Source of the DNA: Antedon mediterranea
Lineage: Eukaryota; Animalia; Echinodermata
Reading direction: 5' to 3'
Length of the DNA: 64,000 nt
Assembly (NCBI RefSeq): GCF_964355755.1
Contig: NC_092674.1
Coordinates: forward strand, 24,800,001 to 24,864,000
Made by a program: the position numbers and the translations under genes. Below the pieces are notes generated by a model. The model made no database searches. It saw only the letters and a program-made list of their open reading frames with translations, and was not told the DNA's origin. This document shows, in pieces, positions 47,901 through 62,800 of this stretch (positions are counted from its first letter, which is position 1; every line of letters begins with the position of its first letter).

Positions 47901-50900
47901 TATTCTCGACAACAAAGATTTTGAAAAAAAAAAGTCAAGACATTCAAGTATTCTGAGGTTTTTTGGGTTGGTGTGTGTTTAAAGAGGAAATACTAACAAC
48001 ATGAACATACAGTATATTAAAGACATAATTAAAATACTTACATCGATACATCTGTAGAGTTTTGATAGACAGACGAGCGTTCTCCTAACTGTTGGATACC
48101 ACATGCCATGGAGGTCAGCAGGTGAAAGAGATGAATTGATGTGTGATGGAGCAGAGTTGGTAATCACTAGCAACAAAAAAACACCATAACATTGTAATAA
48201 GACTTACTGTAATACAGGGAATTGAATATAATGACAAATCGTTTAGTGTGTTCTTTCCAACATTTATTACGCCAAGAACAACTCCTTAAGCTCTGTCTAC
48301 ACTATCAAACTTTATGTGACAAAAAACTACCAAATTTGGCCACATCACACTTTTTTTTGTCAAACTAGTTTGATATTGTGGCAGGCTCATGGTGAATCTG
48401 TGATTCCAACATTTAATGTGTCTATATGTCCACATTGATATGACATCATTATGTCCATATATGGACGCATCACATAAAGTTTGATAGTGTAGACAGGGCT
48501 TTTTACCTGGATTTGCATTTAAATTTTACTTATGGTTTTAACACTCTTCTCTTGATACATTAGTGATGATGATGCTCTATAATTATTCTATTACCTGGGA
48601 ATGAAGATCTCATCTCTGTTCCATTGACGCCATTACTGCCTTGGATAGCTGAGGAGGTGTCAGTGATGTTAGCCACCTCTTGACTGGTTAGAGATCCTAC
48701 AGAACTCTGCCGAGACAGAGAATCTTTTTTAAGACTCTCCGCTATGCTCTGGAAAAAGAGATTAAGCCAATTAAGTATGGTGTCATCATATAATCATCAG
48801 TTTACCAGAATTTATCTGTGTGTTTAAATATCATTTTTGTTTATAGGCATGTCTACCCCAAGCATTTTGCCAACATGCCTTCTTCACCTGTTATCTTTTT
48901 TAAAGTAAATAAATATCACTTTGAATTGAAATCATCAAGCACGCATTCAGAATGGAGTTAACAATGCCATGCCACAGTTCTTTGTTCATCATTTCATTTT
49001 GCAGGCCATCAATAAATTGGTTGGTATTTCACAAAAATCAACATAATATGATGCACCTATGTTGGTTGTTTTGCTTCAAAAAAACTACAATATTACAATA
49101 TACGATATGGTGAAATACAGAGATATTTTTGTATTGGTAATGAAATCAAGAGAAAACTTAGCAATAAAACAAAATCGAAAACCGGTAGATTTACCGCATT
49201 AAAATTGTTTATGTACTGATTTGTACAGGCGTTAATGTAATACCCTTTTCATATCTGCATAAATTGTTACAACTGGTAACCAGGTTTAATCTCCCGATTT
49301 ATTACACATTTTCATACACGCATACTCAAACCCTGAGAAATCTCAGAAGGAAAGCATAGTTGCACGTTATGTGATTACTATGATTGGTCAATTTAATACC
49401 ATACCAGGGCAATACATGTGCTCTGAACATCTCGAAACAAAAACAGGCCTCTATCCTCTCATCAGTGTGTTTTTCTCCCGAGATTTCACATTTCACAAGA
49501 GATTTTCCACAAAATTGTATTCACACTATGAAAACCTGGTTACAAGTTGTTACATTTTGCAGATGTGAAAAGAGTATAAGATTGATTTATAATGATATCT
49601 TTATGAATATATGTCTTCCATTTGGCCTTCAACAACTGAGGCAAAGTAACTACTTTACCTCCATCATCTCTAGTTTTTCTGGGTAGGCTAAGTCACCCGG
49701 AGCAGGACTGTAGTTCATAATGTCCGACTGGATGTAGATATGCGACCGGAAGACAAGTCGTTCTTGTACATCCTCCAACATCTGTCTTGCAATTGTTTCA
49801 AAAGACTTGAGCTCGTTTGCTGTAAACAAATTAAAAAGTTGATTTAGAATCAATGATTTCTGTGTGTAGTTTAAAGATAGCACACTTGTCTGGATAATCA
49901 ATAGTTTATATCTAGGCTAAAATGTATTTTTTTTTCTTTTTGCTTCAGCCAAGATGTAGCTGCTATAATAGGAATCTATATATAAATTTACGTAAGGGCA
50001 AAATTTCGAAAATGGATAACTCTGACCCCGGTTCTACTTACGACTATTCTGTACATGATCCTGCAGCATCTCAATCTTCAGGATACTGCAGAGTTCTGCA
50101 AGAGTCTCCAGATGATTGATGTGGATGATCAGAGGTCTTAAGACATCATACAGGTTGCTAGAAAGACTCTCCAAAAGTAAACTGAACATAAAACAATAAT
50201 AATCATTTAATTAAGTAACCGAAGACTGACTCAGAAAAAAAAGTAGTTTTAAATCTTTAAAAAAACGATTACTTACTCTAACTTTTTGGTAGGTTTTGAA
50301 AAGAAATGGAAAAATAATTGATATTCATCTTCACATACATGAATCATAAATGCACAGCCGCTACGAACCTAAAAAATAAAAATAATAGAAAGATTCTACC
50401 AAACTTTAACATACTTTAAATGCACCATCTACTCATTACACTTGAAAACACTTGGTGAAAGCATTGGAAATTGATTGTACTCAAACACACAACCTCCAGA
50501 TCAATAGCATGGTAGTCCTACCTTTAGACCACCACGCTTGCGCTTTTGAAATTTGTATAATTTTTTTTTTACTTAAGTACGCATAACAGCGAGCTCAAAT
50601 TCGCCAATTACAAGATGAATAAAATATTATGTTTTTAACTTTTTATTAATTACTATGTATTGAATATATTGTAAAATCTAATCAAAGATTTTGAACTTTA
50701 CACATTTGATAATTTATGGTAGACTTACAAGTGCGCAGTGATCTCTAACATGTTTTGATGCTAGCTCTGACACAGCAGCAGCAACGCTAGGCCCTAGCAA
50801 GGTCTGCCGCTGAGCAAAATAGTAGGCGTAACAGTCTTCTAACAAGGCTTGGTATCTGAGAAGAAAAAGAACATACAGTAAAAATGATAGCTCATAAAAA

Positions 50901-53900
50901 TTACATTATCTTTTTTTTGTTTCTTATATATTTAGACAAATTGCCAAGGATGACTTTAAGTGAAATAATTTACTATCCTTCTTAAAGGTGGCAATCCTGT
51001 TCACTAGACACGCATACACACAAGATGCTGTACATAAACAAAGTACTTATTACAAGTCTTTTAGGAGTGGAGTTGTAATTTATCATTAGAAAAAGTCCTA
51101 GGACCCTTGGATTGGCCATAACTCCACGCAAGGTTCCTGGTTTAGCACTCCTAAGGGCCCTCCAAAACTGGGTATTTGCTGCTCATGCTCTGGGCCTCTT
51201 CAGCTCTGGGCCCCTTAAGCTCTGGGTCCCTTAAGCTCTGGGTCCCTTAAGCTCTGGGCACCTTGGGTTTAGCCAGTGAGAGCTGATAGCCATTACACCA
51301 TGGATCATCACATACACCTGTACACTTACTCTGGTCCTCTGTTATAACGTAGTTCAACTTGTTCCATAATTGATTTCACTTTTGGCGCACTCGTTCGGAA
51401 GTTTCCATAAAATAACGTAAACGCATTTTCAGACTGTGAATCGGAATCCTGTAAACAAATTAACAATTTACTGTAATATAAATTGATTAAAAAAAAATAA
51501 ATTGTGAAACTGGTTTGTAACATAAAAACTTTTTTTTTTATAGAAAACGTAGAAGAAAAAACGCCCCTTTAAAGGAATACCTCTATTAGGGGGACACTAG
51601 AGGAAATACTATGGCCAACCATAAGAGGACACTTGTTGGTGCCTTCTTAATATGGTATTGTTTATTAATATGGTATACATGAACTGTGTATTAATTATAT
51701 TTAATTAACATTAATAGATCATATACAAGTTTAAAACACTAATTTAAAGCCAAATTTGTGTGGATACGGAGTAACTTTCAATATAATTAAGGAATAAAGA
51801 AATCAATAATTCTTCCGAAGGAGACCTTTACAACAATAAAAATTGCTGTTTACTATAATATCTAAAAAAACCCAAAATTATCATTTAGGCAAGATGAAAA
51901 AAAAAATTAACAACCTTGCGAGTGAGTACTTGTTGTGTTGAATTTTGTAGGGTGTTATAAACACTTGACCTCATCAATTGACATGCCTTGGATAAACAAC
52001 CTTTGAACTTTGTTTGATAAAGTTGTGATTCCTTGAAATGTGGCTGTGGTAGAAATAAACAAAATGTATAAAGCTCTGTCTACACTATCAAATTTTATTT
52101 GACAAAAAATGTGATGTGCCCATATATAGACATGATGATGTCATATCACTACCATATTTGGGCACATCATACTTTTTTGTCAAACTAGTTCGATAGTGAA
52201 GACGAAGCTTAAGAATATTTAAAAATCAGACAAATACTGTAGCAGAAACTATTACTCCACTTCCATTTGGCCTGGATGCATTATGAACTTTCTCAACATG
52301 TTAAGGAAGTACTGCCCTGTATTATCTGATAAGCGCCTTCATATTCATATGGCCTGTGTAGATTATTATTTTTATCAACATATAAAGGCAGAAACTGGAG
52401 AGCCCTATACAATTTCTTTTCCTTATTAAAAATAACTAAAGTTCTGTCTTCACCACCAAACTTTATAAGATAAAAAAATATGATGTACCCATATATGGAC
52501 ATGATGACATCATATCACTACCATATTTGGGCAAATCACACTAAGTTTGATAGTGTAGACAGAGCTTAAGCATTTCTTCCTTCATCACTTTAAATGAACT
52601 ATTTACAACAGTGCTGTTAAAAAAACTTACATTAGAAGATATATATGTGATGCACTCATCCAATTTAGACAGTACAGGTACAAGAGAATCACCAGTCACA
52701 GAAAATGTTGGTGAAGCGAGTTTCTACAAGAAAATAAATAAGAGTTCAGGTTTTCATTAAACAAGCTCGATAACTAGTAAAACACTCAGGAAAAGAGCAG
52801 CCTAGCTCAATCAGATAAACTGGTGGTAGTCAATGTGTTGTGCGCTGAACCGTGAAACAGTTAAGACTTAATGGGCTATCCTTGGTGAGTTACACCAAAA
52901 TACAACAACATCCCTGTGCTTATGAAGTTTATTTACTGTGATCACTAATAATGCCACACATCGCAATAGCATGGTGTCATATTGGCAATCCAATGGCTAA
53001 ACTGGGGGTAGTCACTGTGTTGTGCACTGAACCGTGAAACACCATAGGTTACAGACTTAATGGGCTATCCTTGGTGCGTTACACAAAAATACAACAACAT
53101 CCCTGTGCTTATGAAGTTTATTTACTGTGATCACTTATAATGCCACACATCGCAATAGCATGGTGTCATATTGGCAATCCAATTGCTAAACTGGGAGTAG
53201 TCACTGTGTTGTGCACTGAACCGTGAAACACCATAGGTTGCAGACTTAATGGGCTATCTTTGGTGCGTTACACCAAAATACAACAACATCCCTGTGCTTA
53301 TCAAGTTTATTTACTGCGGTCACCAATAATGCCACACATCGCAATAGCATGGTGTCATAATAATAATTGGCAATGCAATTAAAACTAGCGTAGTCTGCTA
53401 AACTGGGGGTAGTCACTGTGTTGTGCGTTGAACCGTGAAAGACCATACTTTACAAACTTAGTTGGCTATCTTTGATGCGCAACACCAAAAAATCCGGTGC
53501 TTAGTTTATTTACTGTGGTCACTAATAATGCCATACATCGCAATAGCATGGTGTGCATGTGCATATATTGTGCACTCATTTTATTTAAAAAAACAAAATA
53601 TTTCAATATATTATTAAAGCAAATTATATATATATATAATGATAATGAACTTGTATATAAACAAAATTATAACACTAAGGCTTAGAAAAAAATTAAAAAT
53701 ATTGATGATGCTGATAAAACTAATTTGCATATAGGATCATTATAAACTGTTGACTTACTGTGTTAATTCGTTCCAGCTCATTGAAGTATGACAGCTTACT
53801 GGTAATGGTCTCTGCTTTATTTACTAAGCTTGTCTGAAAAAAAAACCTGTTTTGTTAGAAATAGAATTTAATACAATTTGATAGGCATCCTTGGAAAAAA

Positions 53901-56307
53901 AAAAGACTATGTTGAGGCCCAAAGTTGTCCCCTATGAATTGTACTGAAATCAAAAGATTCACTTTTATGGGATATCTGTCATGTTATACTGATCTTTCTT
54001 TTATTCAAAGGTCTAGACCTCTCTTGTTTTACTTGTTTTCTCAGAGACAGGATTCGTGGAGAGCAATTGAAGATTTTGCAAATAGGAGGCCTACAGCTAG
54101 AAGGCCTAGTGTGGTGTGTGTGGTAGTGGCTGTGTGAACTGCTATGCCAGGGTAATCCCCTACTCATCTCGAAAGATGTTACAAGGTTTTTTAAAGGTTA
54201 CACAAGCATTTTGTGTACACTGAACCTAAATTTTGTAGTCCTTATCCGAGAAGACTTATATCTTACCACCAGAACCATGGAACGAGTAAGGCTTGAACCC
54301 TTGCTGATATTATTAATAATAATATATGATATTTATAAGGCGTCCTTTGGAAAAAAGAACATAGCGCTGTACACACATAAAATATGCATCACACACTTAA
54401 ATGTTACTCCCTTCTTACTACTTACTTGTTCTCTCAGAGACTCCTCACAGGCTTCATGGAGAGCGTTCGTCTTCGTGGAGACAAACACATGTTGCTTCTG
54501 AAGCTTCTCTAAGTGAACCAGCGCCCTCGATACTTCCTGCAGCACGTCCTCGCACTGTTGTTTGTATTCTGATAACTGATCACAATGAGCTCTGATAAAA
54601 TAAAACAAATGTTTATTATAATGCTACTTACAGGCAACACTTCTAGTATAAGGACACTTTAAGTTTGATATACAAAGATCCTGTGGTCGTAAAAAAAATA
54701 AAAATATGAAGTGTCCAAAAAAATGAACATGATGATGTCATATCACTACCATATTTAGGTATATCACTACCATATTTGGGCACATCACTCTTCTTGAAAC
54801 TAGTTCATTGATAGTGTCGACAGAGCTTTTAGGCTTAGGGAAAAACTTAAAAGTAAAAATTTAAGGGAAATACTGAAATAGTTATTGAGTGAATATTTCA
54901 CAATATAGTCACAGGATTTTGAAATATTGATGGGTTGTGAGAGTCTAAAAAATAAACTTATCCTAATATTGAGCACCCCCTTGAATCCTCCAATTATCTA
55001 CATACATACATACATTAGCGCACCCATAATTTAAGGAATTTTATTTAGATTTAATAATTTATCATACTTGTAAGAAATTTCTTCATCCATATCCATCAGT
55101 TGTTCAACTTTATTAAACCAAGCAAAAAACTAGAAAAGAAAAAGACTTTTTGTTTGCCGAAAAAGAAAATACAGCATAGATATGTACCTGAAGATGAATA
55201 CATAAAGGTTGAAATATATATATATAATGGTTTACGTCAATTTTTTCGGAGTTTATTTTATAATTTCATAGTATATACTGGACAAGTTTTGTTAGAATAA
55301 AAAGATAGGATATAGATTATTTTCATAAATGATGTAAACAAAATAATAACTTAAAATTAATAATGATTTATTAAAATTGTCTGCTGAAATGTATAACATT
55401 AACAATATTTATAACAAATACATTTTTTTTTAAATTTTATTTATTTGTAGGGTAATGCACAAAAACCCTATAGCAATATAAAATGCATTTGATTTTAATT
55501 CAGCACAACCAAATATAAAAATATGCATGGTTGTGGAAAATATAAATATTAAATAATATCAAAAAACACACTAACTTGTTGCACATTTTCAATTTTCTCA
55601 TTTTCCATATTAAGTGAAGCAAAACCCTGATTGATGACATCTTCACCGACATTGGAGAAGTCAGATGATAACATCGGTCTGTTTTGACTAAACATTCCAA
55701 TTTCGTCAATTGGTATCTGTGAAATAATAAAACATTATATTAAAAGTAATTTTCTTACCCACAGTATAGATAGGCTCTACCTAATATAGGCCTAGCTAGG
55801 CCATGTCATGACAATATGATCAACAGTGAGTCAGTTATTAGTTAGGCCTACCTAGATAGCCTAGTCTAGCTAGGAGCCTACCTAGGCTAGTACTGTAGGG
55901 CCTAATTATTAATACTATTAATAAATATATGCCTAGGCAGGCTAGGCCTTCTTCTTCTTCTATAAGCTTTTAGTTAGAGCCTGCCTATTATTAGACTAGC
56001 CTAGGCCTAGGTATTATAAATACCCTAGCTAGGCTAGGCCTAGACAAGTTGGGTGTCCGCGAATCAGGCGAGACGTGATGACGTGGGCTTCCTATTCAAC
56101 GAAAACACAGCCTAGGCCTAGCCTAGTTCTGATAATATTATTATTTACCTCTATTGGCAGAGGCCTAGTGGAAGCAATTGTTGCCAATTCCATGAAACTA
56201 TCTTTCTGAATGTCAGATAGCGGCGCTTTTGGGTCCCCTTTATGTTCCCAATAGCTCAGTTTTTCACGAATAACTTTAGCGTTTCTCATCTTCGTGGATT
56301 CAGCCAT
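41991..56307 (-). CDS. COG3: Conserved oligomeric Golgi complex subunit 3, about 834 aa
   Basis: 22 GT-AG exons give a 2505-nt open frame: 56307-56149, 55716-55576, 55129-55068, 54591-54426, 53833-53759, 52723-52631, 52043-51915, 51448-51330, 50855-50729, 50368-50277, 50181-50042, 49819-49659, 48748-48595, 48166-48042, 47858-47769, 47468-47348, 46790-46708, 45417-45283, 44420-44345, 44208-44081, 42760-42662, 42020-41991. Diagnostic peptides: [90 protein letters not shown]. Confidence 0.97.
42856..43960. repeat. About 1.1-kb minisatellite, 32-33-bp unit (GGGGACACATCTATTAAAGGGACACCTTATTCA) built from two 16-17-bp subunits
   Basis: Near-perfect core at about 42920-43730 with degenerate edges, inside a COG3 intron. 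Confidence 0.95.
44700..44990 (-). mobile_element. L2/Crack-like LINE 3' fragment
   Basis: [14 protein letters not shown]...HLTR...[12 protein letters not shown] is a typical ORF2 C-terminus. Confidence 0.7.
45500..45706. repeat. About 113-bp imperfect direct duplication
   Basis: GGGG.CTAGGCC..TAGGAT...TGTTGA.GC.GTAC...TTTGGGCTTGAATCT occurs twice. Confidence 0.65.
46899..47173. repeat. 16-bp minisatellite (GTGAGACAACCAGGCC, about 17 copies)
   Basis: Directly visible tandem array flanked by degenerate GGACAACTAC units. Confidence 0.95.
49243..49574. mobile_element. 332-bp MITE with TA target duplication (Tc1/mariner-type)
   Basis: TA-CCCTTTTCATATCTGCA...GTAACCAGGTTT / AAACCTGGTTAC...TGCAGATGTGAAAAGAG-TA, a TIR of about 45 bp. 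Confidence 0.75.
52817..53553. repeat. Tandem repeat, about 180-210-bp unit, about 3.8 copies
   Basis: Units begin TAAACTGG..GTAGTCA.TGTGTTGTGC at 52817, 52998, 53187 and 53399. Confidence 0.9.
54020..54305 (-). mobile_element. tRNA-derived Deu-domain SINE; further fragments about 12795-12900 (+) and 61140-61245 (-)
   Basis: Minus strand reads B-box GGGTTCAAGCC ... CTTCTCGGATAAGGACTA ... TTTCGAGATGAGTAGGGGATTACCCTGG. Confidence 0.65.
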
Positions 56308-59300
56308 TTTTGCAGACGACGTAAACAGTACGAATATGACGCGCCTTCTGTGCAAAAAAAAAAAAAAACATGATTGGATTAGCAAATTTTGACCATTTTG
56401 TTTTATTGGAACTCTAGGCCTTGTAGGTACGTCGGGACTTGATGTTATTACATGGTGACATTAGCGCAATATATATACACACATTATATGTCACAATATG
56501 CATATTATGCAAATAATTAACTCGGAAAAGTGGCCTATTTTGTAATTTGTTTCGTGTAAATAATAATTACCGTACACACACAATTGTCTTTAATCCTTCC
56601 GTCAGCAATCTTTCCAGCAATTTAGAAAATTCTTAAATCATATCATCCTGTTTTTATGATAATCATTGTTGGTTTTTTAGTGCCACGAGCACCGAATAAT
56701 AATACTTTATAGCTGTTTTCATATTCAACACACCTCAAAAACAGTATAGGCCTAAGATTTTTCTTCTGTAGGCCTACTCTGATTCCCTGCTGCTGTGTTA
56801 ATTTGATGCCAGCTATAAAATATGGGCTCTAAAAACGATTGAGAACATTTATAATTAAAATCGCACATACTTTGATAGAGTGGTACAAAAATCAAATCCG
56901 TTATAGAATATTAAATATAGCATGTATACCTTGAACCTTAAAGTAATAATACCGTAAAATTAACTTTAGAACACCTGCTTGTATTCTTCTTGCCATTTGA
57001 TTAGTTAAATACGTATCACGTGCCATTCATTATTTTGCACATAATGAACGATGAACAGCAGCTAGATTATGTAATGTTTAACTCTTTTTTTTGGTGTAAA
57101 AATCCTGATAATTTTAGCCACTCGAGTAATTTTGTTCACGCCGTCAATAACTGTTCTACACCGGGTCCAAAATTGGAACGCTGGGCGGGGTAATTGTGAT
57201 TCAAGATGAATCAATTCAATACAAATTTAGTTTGGTGTTTTTTAAAAACGAATAATTAATATTTTCGTTAAATGTTGTCGCCTCATTAGAAATAGAGCAG
57301 TCTTTCTCATGAAATAATCTCACCATCGATTCTAACTCATAAACATTCATTATTTGTATAATATATCTATGGCTGGCTTTCTTCTGAGGGCTGAATTCGA
57401 CTCGTGTGACACTGATCTCGCCTATCAAACTTGTCCCCGATATTTTCCTGGGGTTTCCCCTGCTTTCTTGCATATGTAATTATCAAAGGGAACTTCCCGT
57501 TCGACTGACACCCCATTCACAGCGAATCCTGAACCGGTTTTATCAATGAATGGGACCTTTAGAAAACGTATGAATAGAGTGTCAATAAGTACGATTCGAC
57601 GGGATTTCCCGTTCTTAAAATAATACCTAAAATAATTTATTCTGGAATCCGGGTTGCTATAAATACATAAATAGTCAGATATTATAAAATACACCATTAG
57701 CACCCCTGTGACACAGGTATTAGGATGTAAGTCACGGGCTCCAAGAGAGAGAAACAACGTCATTGCTAAACTCAGCCTAATTTAGAAAAGCTTCATCTCT
57801 GAATTTCCAGGTAAACATTTTAATATTGCTATTGCAATGAGTATTATAGTAGTCTAAGACATTATTAGTTCACTATTTATAAGTAAATTTCCCCGAAACC
57901 TTGAAACACCGGAATGGTGTTCGGGGGTGGTTTAGTTTTTTTTTACGAACTCCGAAACCAGTTCTAGAAATACCGGGGGTGTGTCCGGAGAGGGATAGTT
58001 TAGCCATGTAGTTCGATTTATTTAGCTGGAACCGTTTAAATTATTCATTTCAATGTAATCGGGGATAGGCCTACGCAAAATAAAAAGAGTATGATCATTA
58101 CCAAATCTTAGGCTTATAATACTAGTTTGCATGTGTCGGATTTGGACTGTGTCACAGACCCGATGCCTGAGTTCATTGTTTTGTGGAGAAATAGTGACGT
58201 TTATAACTCATAAGTTGTGTGCCATGCATGTATATTATGAAGTAATTACAATCTAGTGTTTCATAAATTAATACTACAACAATTAAAATGACTCAAGTTT
58301 AAATTTCAAGATTTTATTTGCACATTTACAGACACCGTTTCATGTTAAAATTCTACAATCATCAGGTGAATAAAATAAAGAATAATATAGTAGTAGTACA
58401 ACAACGCGGGTGATATTAATTAAGGTCAGGTTATTGATAAAATAATAATTTCGTTTGTAGAGATGATATGATTTGAATTTATTTGAAAAAATACATAAAA
58501 AATGATTTATACTGTAGCTATTGACTTTACAGATAAATAAATTTATAGAAGATTTTCCAGGATAGTCTAAAAAACCCAGTATGTTATATTCCATTGGGGT
58601 CACAGCTTCCGTTATACAGATAGGCATACTTATACTTTATCGTATCTAATATGAAATGATACTTAGATCGTATAAGATAAAAAAAAAACAGGCTATGGAA
58701 ATTAGTTTGTCCGACGCGATAATGATCAAGTGGTTGATAACTCGTGGCTAGCTGTGGAATAAACATCTTTTAATAGTGGAATGTTCAGTTTTAATAACTA
58801 ATTAAGGATGTTTCAATCAATTAATCATAAATATGTTTATAAAATTTTCTTTATAATCTAACCGGTAGGAGACATTGATAGAGGAATCCCTGCAGGTCGA
58901 TTGCACAGATTGTATTATTATCAAACATGGCCTCTTCGATCTTCCTATTGATGGGTGGTACAGTGATATCAACCAAGCAGGTATGGTATGCAGTCACGTT
59001 TTGTCAACACTTATCAAATCCAAGTAGAAGACAGTATTTGCAATATTTTCATTTTATCTAACATCAATTAGATAAACTAAATAATCATTTATACTGTTTA
59101 AAGAAATAGAATTGATGGACAATTGTGACCAGGGTATATTTTAATGATAAGGATTGTCGGGTGTACAGTATTTGACTCAACTATCATGTCGTTTTCGTCA
59201 ACACGTTTCAAATGTAAGTAGAAGACACAATTTGCAATGTTTTCATTTCCAATCAATACAATGAATGGTCGTTGTTCTCCTTTAGAATAAATAGAAATTG

Positions 59301-59499
59301 TGACCCATTTGATTATAAGGCTTGTCATAGAATAATTTGAACTAATTCAATCGATCAAACCCATCTAGCAAGTAAACAAACCTCCACCAATCAAAACCAC
59401 TCTTCACAAATCAGCTTATTAACTAACGAAACCTATGTCAGCCAACCATACAGGTAAACAAACACAACCAACTCTCGAACCAAAACAACCATCACAACA

Positions 59500-59835
59500 A
59501 AAATCAACCAACCACAGAAAAAACCTGACCAAAACATAATTAAAATGCCAACCACCGAACCAACTAACTAACCAATCAAGCATCGAAACAACTAACCAAT
59601 CAACACATTAACCAATCAAGCATTGAACCAATTAACCAATCAACATATTAACCAATCACACATTAAACCAATTATCACATTAACCAATCAAGCATCATCA
59701 AACTAACTAACCAATCAATACATTAACCAATCAAGCATCAGACCAATTACGCAAGAACCAATCAAGCATCACATCAACTAGCCAATAAGCACATTAACCA
59801 CTCAAGCCTATTATACAAACAACTCACCAATCATT
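59500..59835. repeat. Degenerate AACCAATCA-based minisatellite
   Basis: Recurrent TAACCAATCAA(GC)(A)CAT units. Confidence 0.8.
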
Positions 59836-62800
59836 TAGTGTTTATCGGTACAAAATTTGGTGGTACCAACTTCTTTACAGACAATTTCGTTTGGTTTACT
59901 TTAAAGAAAAAAATTGTAGCATTCTCACAATATGAGAATTATGTTTAATTCCCGTAATTAACGCTGTTAGTTGAGGCCTACGTGTTTGTCGGGTTCATTC
60001 TGTAGACCATGTCACAAAGATGAAAATGCTCATCGTATTCATTTGTGTTCATCATCTTTATAAAAATCACAAATGTACGTTGGGCCGACATAGATTTACT
60101 TTAGCGCCCTCATGATCATCAATTTATTTCCGCTTGTATTATAAAAGGAATACTGCTTTATCACGATGGCCTATTCCTCAAACCACTTCCTTCGACAGCT
60201 ATCTATTTTTTTGTTCTGTGGCCTTGACAAACAAAATATAGAAAGACCTGGTATAAAAAAACCATTGAATTAACATGGAAGTAGTCTTAAATTGGAGGGA
60301 TACTTTTTAACTTACTGTATTAAAACGATCGTTTCAAATCTCTGCGCGTCATTTAATCTGCCATAGAGATATTATTACGATAGTTCATGCACTTACGTTG
60401 TGTATCATGATATCTAAACATTATATATGGAGGCCTTTACCAGCCTATTACAACGCTTGAAACGTATCGAGCTTGAAGTCTATTCTAAATAAACATATTA
60501 TTGCCCAAATTTGTTTTGATAAATAAACCCGTATCTATAGTAAAAGTCATGGTTGAAAGGCATAAAGGACCCTTGAACGTTTATTTATATACTTTGTAAA
60601 TACTTTGTTCTCTCCGATACAATATAAAAACTATTTATCTGGTACTTAGATAATGGTATATGTTGATCCCATTTTGTTTCGGTTGACTTGATTGAACGGG
60701 GTCCTCACGCACACACAAAGGCATTTTAAATTAGGCTGATAAATCGTAAGATCAAAGTGACACACACATTTTTAATGCCCGCCTACATAATCATCTTGGT
60801 ACAGTTTTCCACCACGCGTGCGTTATTGTCAATTAAAAGAAAATCCATTACCATCGTCAACATTTTCATAATTAATTGTAACCACTATTTTCATCATTGC
60901 CCCAATAATCATGGTATCGTATTGTTGTTGGCATATTTGTTATAAAAAACGTAGGTTCATATTTTCATATTGTCAAATTCTCAAAGTCCCACAATAATAA
61001 TCTGGGTTTCAATGTCATCATCATAATATCAATCTCTTTCTCTTCTTCGTTATCATAATGATTCAAGCATTACCATCATCATCAACGTTTTTACCAAATT
61101 GTCAAAGTTTTTAGATCGTATTTATTCTTGTTTCTTTTTACTGGGCAGCCGCTTCAGTCAAAGACTGTTCTCCCAGAGGGTACAGTTATGATCAGTGGCT
61201 GTGTGTGACATTGCCTGTTTGTGTACACCGGGGTAACCCCCTACCATTGTTATTATCAACCATTGTATTAAACAATTACAACATAACAAACAATGTTCTT
61301 CATTCCGCGCATCATCATCGGTGTCTGTTATCGCCTTAAGCTCTGTCTACACTAACAAAAGTGACAAAAAAAAGTGTGCTGTGTCCATATTTTGACATGA
61401 TGATGTCATATCACTACCATATTTAAGCATATTGCTACCATATATGGGCACATAACACTGGTTTGATAGTGTAGACAGAGCTTTATACCATTCTAACCAT
61501 CATAACGTCATCATAATTATATTGTTATGAACATTGATATATTACATATCATAATTATTGATCTTCGTTACACAGTATCAACATTTCACAAGTTATCGAT
61601 TAGTCGTTTGATCGACAATTTTTTCCAAGAAGTGGACAATCGATATAACTCGACAATCGATAAATATACTCTAATATTATTATTGTTGTTATAGCAATCG
61701 ATATTTGTTGTACTGTAAAATAATAAATAAATCTGTGTGCTTACTGTACAGTGAAATATTAATATTATATTTTGTCAATTTGTTTTTTCCGTAGATGAGT
61801 ACGTAGGCAAGCCTAGCCCGGATAAGACAAGCGCAATTAATGTCACCAAGGAACAACAAATGAGAAAGGAATATTACCGTAACCCACTAGGGATCTCAAA
61901 CCGATAGTAGGCCTACGACATTTCAGAAACAGCCTACATCTTCGATGTGAAAAAATAAAACCAACAAATGGTCTTTTGCAGAATGACACCCGCGACAGAC
62001 ACCCATTCAGGTGTGAGTTTCGGGACAGAGGGTAGGGGACGTTTTTCTTTTAGGGAAGAGAGGATACAGATCCAAGACTGCTAGTTGCAAAACAGGTTCA
62101 GTAAACCACACTACTTGTTATGTCTACTGCTGGGTTAGTATCCTGGCAATACAGTATATACTCATGGAGAAATACTTATTTAAGTGAGTGTCTTTACGGT
62201 ATGTGGCCGATGAATGAGTAAAATATGAATATACTAGTTTGACACAAAAAAAACTAATAATAGCCTATATTCATATTTATAGACTAAAATCAATTTCCTG
62301 CTTTATTAAACCCCAAACCAAAGTTTAAAAAAACGAATAATTATTTCAAAACATTTCCAAATAAGGCGCCCTCTTTTGAAAATTTTGTCTCAATATAAAT
62401 GAAGCATAAACATAATATGAAAAGATATCTTTTAGATAACGCTAATTTTGAACTATATTTAAGTCAAGGACTTATACCCTAAAATAACATTGTCGCGTCT
62501 TGGGGCCTAGACAATTGTTAAGCTAAAACGGTTTGGTCGCTTGCCAAGTCCAAAAAGTATAGTGCACCTGCCCAGACGACGTTTACAATCGGACAACCTG
62601 TTGTATACACGGGTACAAATGAAGTGTGCAATATTGAATAACATTGATGTAAATTATTTGATGTGTATATTTCAGACAGAATCAATAACTTGACTGAACT
62701 TTGGTATTGTTTATCGATCGTTCACTAGTACTACCCTGGGAAGTTTTAACCAGAAGGTGTTCCAGGGATGTACAAAATCAACACATAATGCCTACACATA

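Noticed and set aside
57216-57763. Minus-strand ORFs upstream of COG3
   Set aside because: No recognisable domain or exon chain; probably a degraded repeat or transposon interior.
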